NCBI RefSeq assembly: GCF_001458695.1
Contig: NZ_LN885086.1
Span: 2,460,001-2,492,000, forward strand
Direction of reading: 5' to 3'
DNA from: Candidatus Nitrospira inopinata
GTDB lineage: Bacteria; Nitrospirota; Nitrospiria; Nitrospirales; Nitrospiraceae
Length of the DNA stretch: 32,000 nt
This document shows, piece after piece, positions 1 through 8,505 of this stretch. A program made the position numbers and the translations under genes. Position 1 is the first letter of the stretch. Each line of letters opens with the position of its first letter. The notes under the pieces are model-generated. The model had not been told where the DNA came from. It did not search any database and saw only the letters and a program-made list of their open reading frames with translations.

Positions 1-281
1 ACTTTGCCATGCCGTTAAGGGGCTATTTCCGCGGCTGAAACGCCGCGGCCCCATTGAAGCTCATGGTGCGAGAGTGTCGCGAGGCTTCCGTCTAGAAATT
101 TCCGTGGCTGAAACGCCGCGGCCCCATTGAAGCTCACAACACGCAGCGACCTCCTCGCTCGAACAGGACGCATTTCCGCGGCTGAAACGCCGCGGCCCCA
201 TTGAAGCTGGACTCCAACGCAGGCGCGTCGGAATGGGCGCGCTGTATTTCCGCGGCTGAAACGCTGCGGCCCCATTGAAGC
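1..281 (+). CRISPR. CRISPR array, distal end: 4 repeats of 36 nt, 3 complete spacers (37-38 nt) and a partial spacer at the window edge
   Basis: Repeat ATTTCCGCGGCTGAAACGCCGCGGCCCCATTGAAGC at 25-60, 98-133 (C>T at 105), 172-207 and 246-281 (C>T at 265). Unique spacers at 61-97, 134-171 and 208-245. Internal 7-bp palindrome CCGCGGC/GCCGCGG. The 3' ATTGAAGC end suggests + strand transcription. Confidence 0.93.
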
Positions 282-382
282 GGGGCCGAAGTTGTCTTTT
301 TTGAGGAGGAGCCTCCGCAGGCAAAATCTGTTGAATTGGATATCTGACTTCATGGCAGATTACTGGAGGATGGGGAAGCCGA

Positions 383-1162
383 GTGAGTGCCAAGAGGGAA
401 ACGGCGCGTTTCAAGATGGAGGACTGCTCGTCCATGGGTAGCATGGGTAGATTGACTGGTAGGGTGGTGATTGTGACCGGCAGCAGCAGCGGCATCGGCA
501 AGGCCATCGCCTTCCGGTTTGGCGAAGAGGGAGCTACCGTGATCGTGACTGCGCGACGGCTTGGGCTTTGTCAGGCGACAGCGGATCAAATTGCGAGCAA
601 GGGCGGAGTGGCCTGGGCGATTCAAACGGATGTGACCGACGAACAACAGGTCGAGCGGCTGTTTGATGAGACGGTCCGTCGCTATGGGCGTGTCGATATT
701 TTGGTCAACAATGCGGGTGTCTTTGGAGGGAGCCGGCTGGCAGAGACATCCACACGCGAATTTGATGAGGTCATAAACGTGAATCTCCGCGGCACGTTCT
801 TCTGCTGCCGCGCTGGCTTCCGTGTGATGCGGCAACAGGGCGGCGGGGTGATCCTCAACATGTCCAGCGTGGCCGCGGTGCAGGCCTGGGCGGGCACCGG
901 CGTGTACAGCGCCTCAAAACATGGCATCATGGCCCTGACCAAGGCGTTGGCGGATGAGGGACGGCCGTATAACATCAAGGCCAGCGCCATCTGTCCGGCT
1001 GGAGTCGCCGATGAATTGGTTGATGCCTCTCCTGAGGAGCGCCTGCGCAGTGAAAAGATTGATCCCTTTGATGTGGCGGAGGCGGCGATCTTTTTGGCCA
1101 CGTTGGGCAAGCATGCGGTGGTGCACCAGCTTGTGATCGATCGGTTGGGCGCCGACTGGTAA
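383..1162 (+). CDS. Short-chain dehydrogenase/reductase (SDR) family oxidoreductase
   Basis: Rossmann motif VTGSSSGIGKA, NNAG motif, catalytic YSASK. Start uncertain (GTG 383, ATG 416 or ATG 443). Confidence 0.9.
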   Translation: MSAKRETARFKMEDCSSMGSMGRLTGRVVIVTGSSSGIGKAIAFRFGEEGATVIVTARRLGLCQATADQIASKGGVAWAIQTDVTDEQQVERLFDETVRRYGRVDILVNNAGVFGGSRLAETSTREFDEVINVNLRGTFFCCRAGFRVMRQQGGGVILNMSSVAAVQAWAGTGVYSASKHGIMALTKALADEGRPYNIKASAICPAGVADELVDASPEERLRSEKIDPFDVAEAAIFLATLGKHAVVHQLVIDRLGADW

Positions 1163-1215
1163 AGGGAGATCTTGTTGGTTGCCTGATCTCGGGTAAGAAG
1201 GGGAGGAGACGGTCC

Positions 1216-2142
1216 ATGCCCTATCTTGGTACCAAAATCCAGGCGGGCTATCGATCCCTTTTGCGGAGTGGCATCCTGTATGAGCGGGTTGCGCTGGCCA
1301 AGCAGATGCTGGCCTCCTGCCGGGTCTGCCCCCGGCATTGCGCGGTGAACCGGCTGGCAGGTGAATTAGGAACCTGTTTGGTCGGCGGCAAGGCGCTGGT
1401 CGCGAGCGCGGGGCCTCATTTTGGTGAAGAATTTCCCATTCGCGGGTGGTATGGGTCCGGCACTGTTTTCTTTGCCGGGTGCAACCTCCGGTGTCTTTAC
1501 TGTCAAAATGCCGAGATCAGCCATCAGCCGAACGGTCAAGAGTTGGAATCGGAGGAATTGGCCGATCTCATGCTCAGCTTGCAAGAGCAGGGCTGTCACA
1601 ACGTCAATCTGGTGTCGCCGTCTCATCAGGTGCCGCAGATCCTCGAAGGGCTGTTGATGGCGGCTCAACGTGGATTGCGCCTGCCGCTTGTGTACAACAC
1701 CAGCGCCTATGACGATCTGGATATGCTGCGCCTGTTGGATGGCATCGTGGATATCTATATGCCGGACATGAAGTATGCAGATTCAGTGGTGGGGCGGCGG
1801 CTTTCCAAGGTGCCGGACTATCCGGCCGTTGCACAGGCGGCGATTAAGGAAATGCACCGGCAGGTCGGGGATCTGGTGCTAGATGACGAGGGACTGGCCA
1901 TCCGTGGTCTCTTGGTTCGCCATCTGGTGCTTCCCGGCAATCTAGCTGGAACGGCCGAGGTGATGAAATTTTTGGCCGACGAGATTTCCCGTGACACCTA
2001 TGTCCATGTGATGGATCAGTACCATCCGGCCGCCAAGGCCTTTGCCCATCCGGTGTTGTGCCGGCCCGTTCACGTTGACGAAGTTGATCATGCTTCTCGT
2101 TTGGCGCGCGAGGCTGGCCTCTGGCGTTTGCACGAAGAATAG
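1216..2142 (+). CDS. Radical SAM protein, PflX / pyruvate formate-lyase-activase-like
   Basis: CNLRCLYCQN (CxxxCxxC) radical SAM motif. Extra N-terminal Cys cluster CRVCPRHC...GTC. GGAGGAG Shine-Dalgarno about 7 nt before ATG 1216. Confidence 0.85.
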   Translation: MPYLGTKIQAGYRSLLRSGILYERVALAKQMLASCRVCPRHCAVNRLAGELGTCLVGGKALVASAGPHFGEEFPIRGWYGSGTVFFAGCNLRCLYCQNAEISHQPNGQELESEELADLMLSLQEQGCHNVNLVSPSHQVPQILEGLLMAAQRGLRLPLVYNTSAYDDLDMLRLLDGIVDIYMPDMKYADSVVGRRLSKVPDYPAVAQAAIKEMHRQVGDLVLDDEGLAIRGLLVRHLVLPGNLAGTAEVMKFLADEISRDTYVHVMDQYHPAAKAFAHPVLCRPVHVDEVDHASRLAREAGLWRLHEE

Positions 2143-2212
2143 ACCGAGGGTGCGGTGTTGTCCGAGAACCTTGGTTCTTGAGCAGTGGAGAACGGAGCGA
2201 AAGGGGGAGAAC

Positions 2213-3151
2213 TCACCGTTTGGGTTCTTGGGTTGAGGAGCGACCGAATCCCACGTCTCCTTTTGAGATGTCGAAAGAGACGCGCAGTTGCACGGCCAGA
2301 TACTTTTGGATCAATCCGCCTCGGTCCAGCGGCTGGTCCTGTTCGTAATACACTGCAAGTTCCGACTGTTTCCACCGCACCGCCAATCCAATGATCCAAT
2401 CCAGCTCCGTCGGCTTGGCTTGGTTGCCGCCGTCTCGATCCGTGAACAGGTTGACGTCTCCATAGAGCACAATTCGGTTTTTATAGAGGTCCAGGTCGGC
2501 GTGGGCTACGTACCGGAGCAGGGCACGGCCGGTATTGTCGGGCCTGGCAAAATAGTTCTGGTTGTGAAAGAGCCACCCGCCACCCGCATAGATCGTCAGG
2601 TTCTGGTTGGGGAATAGCCGGTGCCATCCGGGCAGGTCCTGAACGGCCTGCATTTGCGCCGTCATGAGGACATCCGCATAGGCTTGCACCACGCCACGCC
2701 GGTCGAGTGGCGCGTCACGCTCATATTGTAGGCGCCAATTGACATGACCGACGACGCCGGTCAAGGCATAGGTGCCGTCCCATTCGCTGAGTTCGATCCA
2801 GCCGTTGGTCCGGTCTGAAAAGAAGTTTTGATCGGTGTAAAACGAGACGTACTGTTTATAGAGGTCGGTTTCAAGATGCAGCATGTGGCGCAAGCCGACG
2901 AGGCCGGTATTGTCCGGCCTGGCGGCAAATGAAGGGTTGTGCACGAAAACGCCGGTGAGGAGGTAGCCTCCGACCAAACTTTCTTCTGCCGCGCGCTCTT
3001 CTTCGCGCTCTTTTTCATTTGGACTGTCCAGTGACGGCAATGGTCTCCCATATTTTTCCAAGGCCCACCCATCCGTCGGCCAGAAGGACACGATCGTGAG
3101 CAGAATATAAAGGAACGGATTTCTCCACTCTCGCATCGTGTGGGTAGCCAT
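2213..3151 (-). CDS. Exported protein of unknown function with an internal two-fold duplication (possible outer-membrane beta-barrel)
   Basis: 312-aa ORF. N-terminal signal-like segment FLYILLTIVSFWPTDGWA. Alternating hydrophobic/polar pattern rich in Y/W/F/G/D/N. Two roughly 105-aa units share HNxxFxARPDNTG...DLYK...F(S/T)DR...PLDRxG. Start uncertain (ATG 3151 or 3136) and no clear RBS. Confidence 0.7.
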   Translation of the reverse strand: MATHTMREWRNPFLYILLTIVSFWPTDGWALEKYGRPLPSLDSPNEKEREEERAAEESLVGGYLLTGVFVHNPSFAARPDNTGLVGLRHMLHLETDLYKQYVSFYTDQNFFSDRTNGWIELSEWDGTYALTGVVGHVNWRLQYERDAPLDRRGVVQAYADVLMTAQMQAVQDLPGWHRLFPNQNLTIYAGGGWLFHNQNYFARPDNTGRALLRYVAHADLDLYKNRIVLYGDVNLFTDRDGGNQAKPTELDWIIGLAVRWKQSELAVYYEQDQPLDRGGLIQKYLAVQLRVSFDISKGDVGFGRSSTQEPKR

Positions 3152-3215
3152 ATCATGGTTGCCGTTGCGTTGTCAGGTGTCGAGACGGTGTTGGTTGCGA
3201 TGGGTGGGTGCTCCG

Positions 3216-3605
3216 CTACGGTACGCAGGCGTCGAAGATGGCTTCGCAATCGTTCGAGGCGTCGAAGCCGGGAGGGACGAATCGATAATGGACGTCGATG
3301 ACACGATCGTCGGCGACGATGACCGTGGCCCAGCACCCGTGGCGGATGGTGGCAAAGCTGCTTTTGCCCGTCGGTTGCGATTCTTCCAAAATCGGCGCCT
3401 CACGGTAGTAGCGAAGAAGGGTCATCTCGCCTTCCTGCAAGGTTTTCTTGGGTGCTCCAGCGCAGGCAAGAACCGCGGACACGGGTTTGCCGACCATCCG
3501 TTGCTGATTCGGATACCGCCCGACCTCGATCGGCGCGGCGCAGGCCGCGAGCCAGATTGCTCCGCCGAGCGCAGCACCCGCCACTGTCCGGTTGATGGGT
3601 CTCAC
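3216..3605 (-). CDS. Small lipoprotein of unknown function
   Basis: A GTG at 3605 gives MRPINRTVAGAALGGAIWLAAC, with a charged n-region, a hydrophobic core and the lipobox LAAC. Mature part has 4 further Cys. The ORF track extends the frame up to 3701. Confidence 0.6.
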   Translation of the reverse strand: MRPINRTVAGAALGGAIWLAACAAPIEVGRYPNQQRMVGKPVSAVLACAGAPKKTLQEGEMTLLRYYREAPILEESQPTGKSSFATIRHGCWATVIVADDRVIDVHYRFVPPGFDASNDCEAIFDACVP

Positions 3606-3693
3606 GTGCGTCTTGTTGTCCGAACCATGCCCGTACGGCACGTGTTTCGTGGCCGGACGAGATCGGACCGTTTGAGACAAAAGGGGAAAATCG

Positions 3694-4125
3694 TCACCCA
3701 ACCAAGTCGGGGTCGAATTTATTCAAGGGCTGGACGGACAACGCCTTGATTTCATTGTAGACGATGGCGCGACCAACCTGGCGCAGACGGCTGAATATTC
3801 CATGGACGATGACCAAATCGCCTTCACGAACGTCCGGCTTGCCAAGGCTGATGACTTTGACGGTCCCGGCCGGATCTTGCAGCAAAAAGCCGTAGGCCAG
3901 TTGCCCTTGCCGGTTGGTCGCGATCTGTACGTTGGTCACTTTGCCCGTCACAGTGACCTCTTGACGGTCATACTGTTCAGGGTGGGCCAAAAGCTCCGCA
4001 ATCTCGGTCAAGGTGCTGGCCCAGGCCGGCGGAGCGACGAGCGAACCGGCGGCACCACATATGCCGGCCAAACCGACGGCGGTTCCAAGAAGGAGAAATC
4101 CGACAACGCTGTGAAATATCTTCAT
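3694..4125 (-). CDS. Exported protein of unknown function (possibly OB-fold-like)
   Basis: ATG 4125 gives the signal peptide MKIFHSVVGFLLLGTAVGLAGICGAAG...AWA. The mature part is a short beta-rich domain (VTVTGKVTNVQI...GTVKVISLG...GDLVIVHGIF). The ORF is open up to 4203, which would overlap the upstream gene stop. Confidence 0.6.
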   Translation of the reverse strand: MKIFHSVVGFLLLGTAVGLAGICGAAGSLVAPPAWASTLTEIAELLAHPEQYDRQEVTVTGKVTNVQIATNRQGQLAYGFLLQDPAGTVKVISLGKPDVREGDLVIVHGIFSRLRQVGRAIVYNEIKALSVQPLNKFDPDLVG

Positions 4126-4196
4126 GACGTCAAGGAGCCTTTCCGATAACGAACCACGACATCGCCCGCGCGCACGCCGAACGATCGAGCGAAGGG

Positions 4197-5393
4197 TTAC
4201 CATTTATCGGATGCCCTGCCGCTCATGTCTTCTCCGATGAAATTGTGCAGAATCTGTTTTTGCATCTCCGTCAGCTCGCCCGTGGAATGTTCCGCTTGAG
4301 TCGGCGGCGAAACGGCCGGTTCTTGAGACGGGGGGGCGGTTCGTTTGAGCAGTTCTTGTTCAAGCGCTTCGGGGCTGCGATCCAAATCCTGTTGAATGGC
4401 GGCCAACCGTTGCAGGCCGAAGAGGGTGCGGGTGGGCTCGCTGTGGACCGCCTTGGAAGTGGCGCCAAGAACCAGCGAGTTCCAAAACGCGGCTTCACTC
4501 TGTTCGGGAATGCCGACGACGGCGTAGGCCGTCAATTTCTCAAGAAGCGCGGATTCGGTTCGTTCAAGACCGTCATATGTGGCGATTGATCGTTCGATGG
4601 GAGTCGTCGAGAGAATTGACAGCGTCTCTTCCCATAAGTCCAACGAAGGGGCTTGAGAAGGGGGTTGGTTGGATGCCGGTGGGACATCGGACAATTTGCT
4701 CTGGAGTCCCAAAAGGTATTGCGATAGAAACTTGACCTTTCTGGCCGCCAATGAGCCGGCCGGGATGCCCCAAATGTGGCAGATCTCATGATCTTGAAGG
4801 ACGGTTCTATTGGATGTCCGCCGCTCCCGTTCCGCCAGGTCGAGCCGTTTTCGAAATCGTTCGGCGAAACGCAACAAGGTTTGCAGCTCGATGGCCAGAC
4901 GATAGTTCCGGAATTCTTCGGGGCCGACCTCGCCTTGTTCCCATCGTTCGTCGAGCGCTCGAAGAACGGGACCTGGAACCGCCGTCCTGGCTTGTGCTTT
5001 GAGGGTCTCGATCGCGCCCGGGGAGACTCCTCGGGCGGCCAACAGTGATGCGGCGCAAGCGGCCATGGCCTCGGCCGTTTCAGCCAAGTGCTTGAGGACG
5101 GCGCATTGCAACGACGTCCGTTCCCGGCGGAGCCTGGCCCGTCGTCGATATTCCTGCCACCGCGCCGTCGTGGCCGCGATGGACTCCTGGGTCATCGTGG
5201 TCACGGGTTTCGTACCTGACACGCATCGTGGATCCGGACGATCCGCGACCATGAACAGTATTTCGTCATGCGAGACGTCAAGATATTGAATCAGGAGGAG
5301 TTTGAGAAGAACCCGCCCTTGAGTCGGCAGGTTTGCGATCGTTTCTTCGACCAAACCGACGGTCAAGGGTCTCGTCATGAGCGTTGAAGACAT
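4197..5393 (-). CDS. Hypothetical protein, 398 aa, predicted cytoplasmic and largely helical
   Basis: Long ORF with ATG start, no signal peptide and no motif I recognise. Sits 21 nt downstream of the 72-aa ORF stop on the same strand. Confidence 0.7.
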   Translation of the reverse strand: MSSTLMTRPLTVGLVEETIANLPTQGRVLLKLLLIQYLDVSHDEILFMVADRPDPRCVSGTKPVTTMTQESIAATTARWQEYRRRARLRRERTSLQCAVLKHLAETAEAMAACAASLLAARGVSPGAIETLKAQARTAVPGPVLRALDERWEQGEVGPEEFRNYRLAIELQTLLRFAERFRKRLDLAERERRTSNRTVLQDHEICHIWGIPAGSLAARKVKFLSQYLLGLQSKLSDVPPASNQPPSQAPSLDLWEETLSILSTTPIERSIATYDGLERTESALLEKLTAYAVVGIPEQSEAAFWNSLVLGATSKAVHSEPTRTLFGLQRLAAIQQDLDRSPEALEQELLKRTAPPSQEPAVSPPTQAEHSTGELTEMQKQILHNFIGEDMSGRASDKW

Positions 5394-5414
5394 GGCGTTT
5401 GCGAGCGATCGGGT

Positions 5415-5633
5415 CTAGGCGTTACCGGAACGCCCTTGATGGGCCTCAATATAGAGGGCGACGTATTCGCGCACTTGTTGCACGGTGCCGTTGACGAACA
5501 TTTCCCGAGGAATCTCAACTCGGACCAACTTGGAAGGGTCGACGCCGCGCTCTATGGCATAGAGCTCGTCGATATAGAGACTGACGGACCCATCCGGAAA
5601 ACGGAGGGCATAGAGCGAGGTTGTATCAGCCAT
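5415..5633 (-). CDS. Hypothetical small protein, 72 aa
   Basis: ATG-initiated ORF directly upstream of, and co-directional with, the 398-aa ORF. No recognisable motif and a weak RBS. Confidence 0.5.
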   Translation of the reverse strand: MADTTSLYALRFPDGSVSLYIDELYAIERGVDPSKLVRVEIPREMFVNGTVQQVREYVALYIEAHQGRSGNA

Positions 5634-5795
5634 CGAGAGCAGATCCGCGGGCCAATCTCGATAGGTACAGGTAACACAAGCGCCGTGCGGCTGTCAAAGC
5701 AAGGACGGTTGCGGTCGGAAGCGCGCAGCTCTCCCCCCGGCAAGCTGCGGGGAGCTGCAACGGTTGACAGTCGGTTCGCGCTTTGTTAGGGCAGG

Positions 5796-6422
5796 GTGTC
5801 AAAAACCTGTCGACGTTGCTCACTCATGTTCACACGTCCGTTCATATCGGTGGGATTGGCGTGGACGCTCGTTGCGGGAACGGTTGTGCCGTCGGCGGCC
5901 ATTGAGGTTCAGCCGACTGATGAGCAAATCCGCGCCGCGCTTGCCAAGGGCAAAGAGGCGGCGCGGGACCGGCGCCCGCCGGACTCGCTGTACGCGAGGT
6001 TCGGCGAAAACGATGAGGGCAGCCCGAACGGGTTTCTCATGACGAAGCTGGGACGGCTCGCGGTCATGGCGGCCCATTTGGCGCTTCGCGGACTTGAACC
6101 GGGGCCGGTGGAGATCGCGGGGACGCTGGAAGAGCCTACGATGCTGGTGACCGCGATGATCGTAGGAACTCACCCGTCCTTCGCGGTAGACAGCTATATG
6201 GTATTGAATCAAAAAGGTCGGTTGATCAAGCCCATGACGGTGCGTTACGACGGACGGGCTTCTCCAAGAGAAGGAGAGACCGATCGGCCTTTCTTTAGGG
6301 CGAAAGTCGTGGCTGCGTTCAAGTACGACGAATTTGATCCCCTCGCCGAGACGACGATCACCGTGTTTCCCTCGAAGGGGGAAGCGGTGAGTTTCGTTCT
6401 CGACTTTTCACGAATAGACTAG
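5796..6422 (+). CDS. Exported protein of unknown function
   Basis: Signal peptide (MSKTCRRCSL)MFTRPFISVGLAWTLVAGTVVPSAA. Start is GTG 5796 or ATG 5826. Divergent from the 5633-2213 cluster. Confidence 0.65.
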   Translation: MSKTCRRCSLMFTRPFISVGLAWTLVAGTVVPSAAIEVQPTDEQIRAALAKGKEAARDRRPPDSLYARFGENDEGSPNGFLMTKLGRLAVMAAHLALRGLEPGPVEIAGTLEEPTMLVTAMIVGTHPSFAVDSYMVLNQKGRLIKPMTVRYDGRASPREGETDRPFFRAKVVAAFKYDEFDPLAETTITVFPSKGEAVSFVLDFSRID

Positions 6423-6438
6423 GTACCCTGCATCGGTT

Positions 6439-7731
6439 ATGGCTTCACGTCCTGGGTCGGATCGGTCGTTCACCGCCGAAACCGTTGCGATCGGCTCGGA
6501 ACTGTTAATCGGGGGGCGTTCCGACAGCAATTCTCTGTTTATCGCCGAGGTGCTTGGCTCGCTGGGGATCGAGGTGAAGTTCAAGTCGATCGTCGGCGAT
6601 GACCGGGGCGACATCGTCCGGGTCATCGAGACCGCCGTCCGCCGAGCCGGTGTGATCATCATGACCGGTGGATTAGGACCGACCGTTGATGATTGTACGA
6701 GAGAGGCGGTCGCCGCCGTGACCGGGCTGAGGCTGGCTCGCCGAAAAGAAGCTCTTGAGGGGATGACCGCTCGACTGGCCCAATGGGGCAGGGTTCCCAA
6801 CAAAGGTCAGTTGCGACAAGCGAGGATTCCATCGCGAGCTGAGGTCTTGCCCAATCCGGTCGGATCGGCGCCCGGTTTCGCTCTGCGTTGGAAGGGTGCG
6901 TGGTTGATCGCCTTGCCGGGCGTGCCCGGTGAAATGCAGGCCATGATACGGGAGTCGGTGGTGCCGTTGTTGACGACAAGGCTGTTGCGATCGGCCAAGC
7001 ACCCCCCTCACCCGATATCCAGGTCGGTGTTTCATACCTGGGGACTGCCGGAGGCGGAGGTGGATGCGAAGCTGCGCGGACTTGTCCCTAAACGATCGCC
7101 GGTTGAACTGGGGCTCTTGGCTTCTCCGATGGGGGTGTTGGTCTCGCTGACGGCCAAGGTGCGTCGTCCCACCGATCGCCAAGTGATGCGGGATCTCGAA
7201 GATGAAGTTCGGGTCAGGCTGAGAGAATGGATCTTCGCGGAGGGCGAGAATTCCATGGAAGCCGTCGTGGGTCGATTGTTGTCGAATCAAGGGTTGACGA
7301 TCGCCGTGGCGGAATCGTGTACGGGCGGGTTGATTACCCATCGCCTGACACAGGTGCCGGGATCGTCGGCCTACGTGGATCGGAGCGTGGTGTGCTATAG
7401 CAATCGGGCCAAGATCGATCTGTTAGGCATACCGCCCGACCTGATTGCCCGACATGGGGCGGTGAGCAGTGAGGTCGCAGCCGTCATGGCGAGGGGGATT
7501 CGCCAACGGGCCGCCGTGTCGGTCGGACTGAGCGTGACCGGCATCGCCGGACCCGGCGGGGGGACGGAGACGAAACCGGTGGGACTGGTCTATGTCGGCC
7601 TTGACGGAGGAGAACCGGATATCGTCACAAAAGAATTTCGATTCCACGGCGATCGAACCGTCATCAAACAACGGTCGTCGCAGGCGGCGCTGGACCTGCT
7701 GCGCCGGTGGTTGATCGAACGGGGACACTGA
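6439..7731 (+). CDS. cinA: CinA family protein (N-terminal MoCF-binding-like domain plus C-terminal nicotinamide-nucleotide amidohydrolase PncC-like domain)
   Basis: N-terminus AIGSELLIGGRSDSNS...MTGGLGPTVDD. C-terminal domain AVAESCTGGL...GIAGPGGGTETKPVGLVY. Confidence 0.9.
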   Translation: MASRPGSDRSFTAETVAIGSELLIGGRSDSNSLFIAEVLGSLGIEVKFKSIVGDDRGDIVRVIETAVRRAGVIIMTGGLGPTVDDCTREAVAAVTGLRLARRKEALEGMTARLAQWGRVPNKGQLRQARIPSRAEVLPNPVGSAPGFALRWKGAWLIALPGVPGEMQAMIRESVVPLLTTRLLRSAKHPPHPISRSVFHTWGLPEAEVDAKLRGLVPKRSPVELGLLASPMGVLVSLTAKVRRPTDRQVMRDLEDEVRVRLREWIFAEGENSMEAVVGRLLSNQGLTIAVAESCTGGLITHRLTQVPGSSAYVDRSVVCYSNRAKIDLLGIPPDLIARHGAVSSEVAAVMARGIRQRAAVSVGLSVTGIAGPGGGTETKPVGLVYVGLDGGEPDIVTKEFRFHGDRTVIKQRSSQAALDLLRRWLIERGH

Positions 7732-7821
7732 CGGAATTCAAGCTCGTGACGTCGGCGGGTGGGCGTCGAGCAAGAGCAAGCACGCAAACGGGACAAACGG
7801 CGAACAAACGGAGAGGGAACG

Positions 7822-8448
7822 GTGCTCCGAGCCTTTCTTGCCGTTGAGCTTGGCGAGGATCTGAAGCGCCAAGTGACGCTGGTTCAGGAGGATCTCAGGC
7901 GGCGACTCGGACGCGAGGCGCCCAAAGCCGCCCGCATCGCCTGGGTGCAGGCGTCGTCGATTCATCTCACCGTCAAATTTCTCGGTGACATCGATGAGTC
8001 GCTGATCGAACCGATGCGCCGGGCGGTCGGTGTCGCCATACGGGAGCATCGGCCGGTCTTCATCCCGCTTGAGCGGATCGGAGCGTTTCCCCATCCGCGA
8101 GAGCCGAGGGTCTTATGGGTCGGTCCTCAAGCGGAGTGGGAAGAAAGCGAAGAGGCACAACGGCTGGCCGCATTCCACCGAATGGTGGAGGATTGTTGCG
8201 CGTCGCTCGGCTGCGCGATGGCGCTGGATAGACGGCCCTTTTCCCCCCATCTCACCCTGGCGAGGGTGAAGGAAGGAGCGCGCGAGGTGGGTCGGCTGTT
8301 AGCTGCAAGCGGTGTGATGGATCGACCGCTGTTCTTGGGAACGCTGGCGATGGAATCCATCGCCCTCATAAAGAGCGACCTCAAGCCGGCCGGGCCCATT
8401 TACACGAAATTATGGCAGGTTGGGGTCGGAGGTGGAAGCGACGGCTGA
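7822..8448 (+). CDS. thpR: RNA 2',3'-cyclic phosphodiesterase (2H phosphoesterase, LigT/ThpR)
   Basis: Two HxT motifs, HLTVKFLG and HLTLARV. Preferred start is GTG 7822, preceded by GGAGAGGGAAC. The ORF track starts at GTG 7759. Confidence 0.85.
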   Translation: MLRAFLAVELGEDLKRQVTLVQEDLRRRLGREAPKAARIAWVQASSIHLTVKFLGDIDESLIEPMRRAVGVAIREHRPVFIPLERIGAFPHPREPRVLWVGPQAEWEESEEAQRLAAFHRMVEDCCASLGCAMALDRRPFSPHLTLARVKEGAREVGRLLAASGVMDRPLFLGTLAMESIALIKSDLKPAGPIYTKLWQVGVGGGSDG

Positions 8449-8505
8449 AGAAGATTCTCTCGAATCGGGAGACGGGACGTTCATCCATCCATCGCCCATC
8501 GCCTG

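Noticed and set aside
15-507. Two minus-strand ORFs (112 aa and 148 aa) lying across the left end of the window
   Set aside because: They are translations of the CRISPR repeats. The peptide LQWGRGVSAAE recurs once per repeat, so they are not genes.
682-1338. 218-aa minus-strand ORF opposite the SDR gene
   Set aside because: Antisense shadow ORF in GC-rich DNA. It is Arg/Pro/Ser-rich with no motif, while the plus-strand SDR has full family motifs.
2143-2212. GAGAACC/GGTTCTTG repeats between the convergent radical SAM and barrel genes, considered as a bidirectional terminator
   Set aside because: The foldable stems are only about 5 bp, the loops are 2-4 nt, and neither strand has a U-tract.
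3138-3749. 203-aa plus-strand ORF overlapping the lipoprotein gene region
   Set aside because: Arg/Gly-rich shadow frame. The minus-strand frame gives a clean lipoprotein signal peptide and continues an operon.
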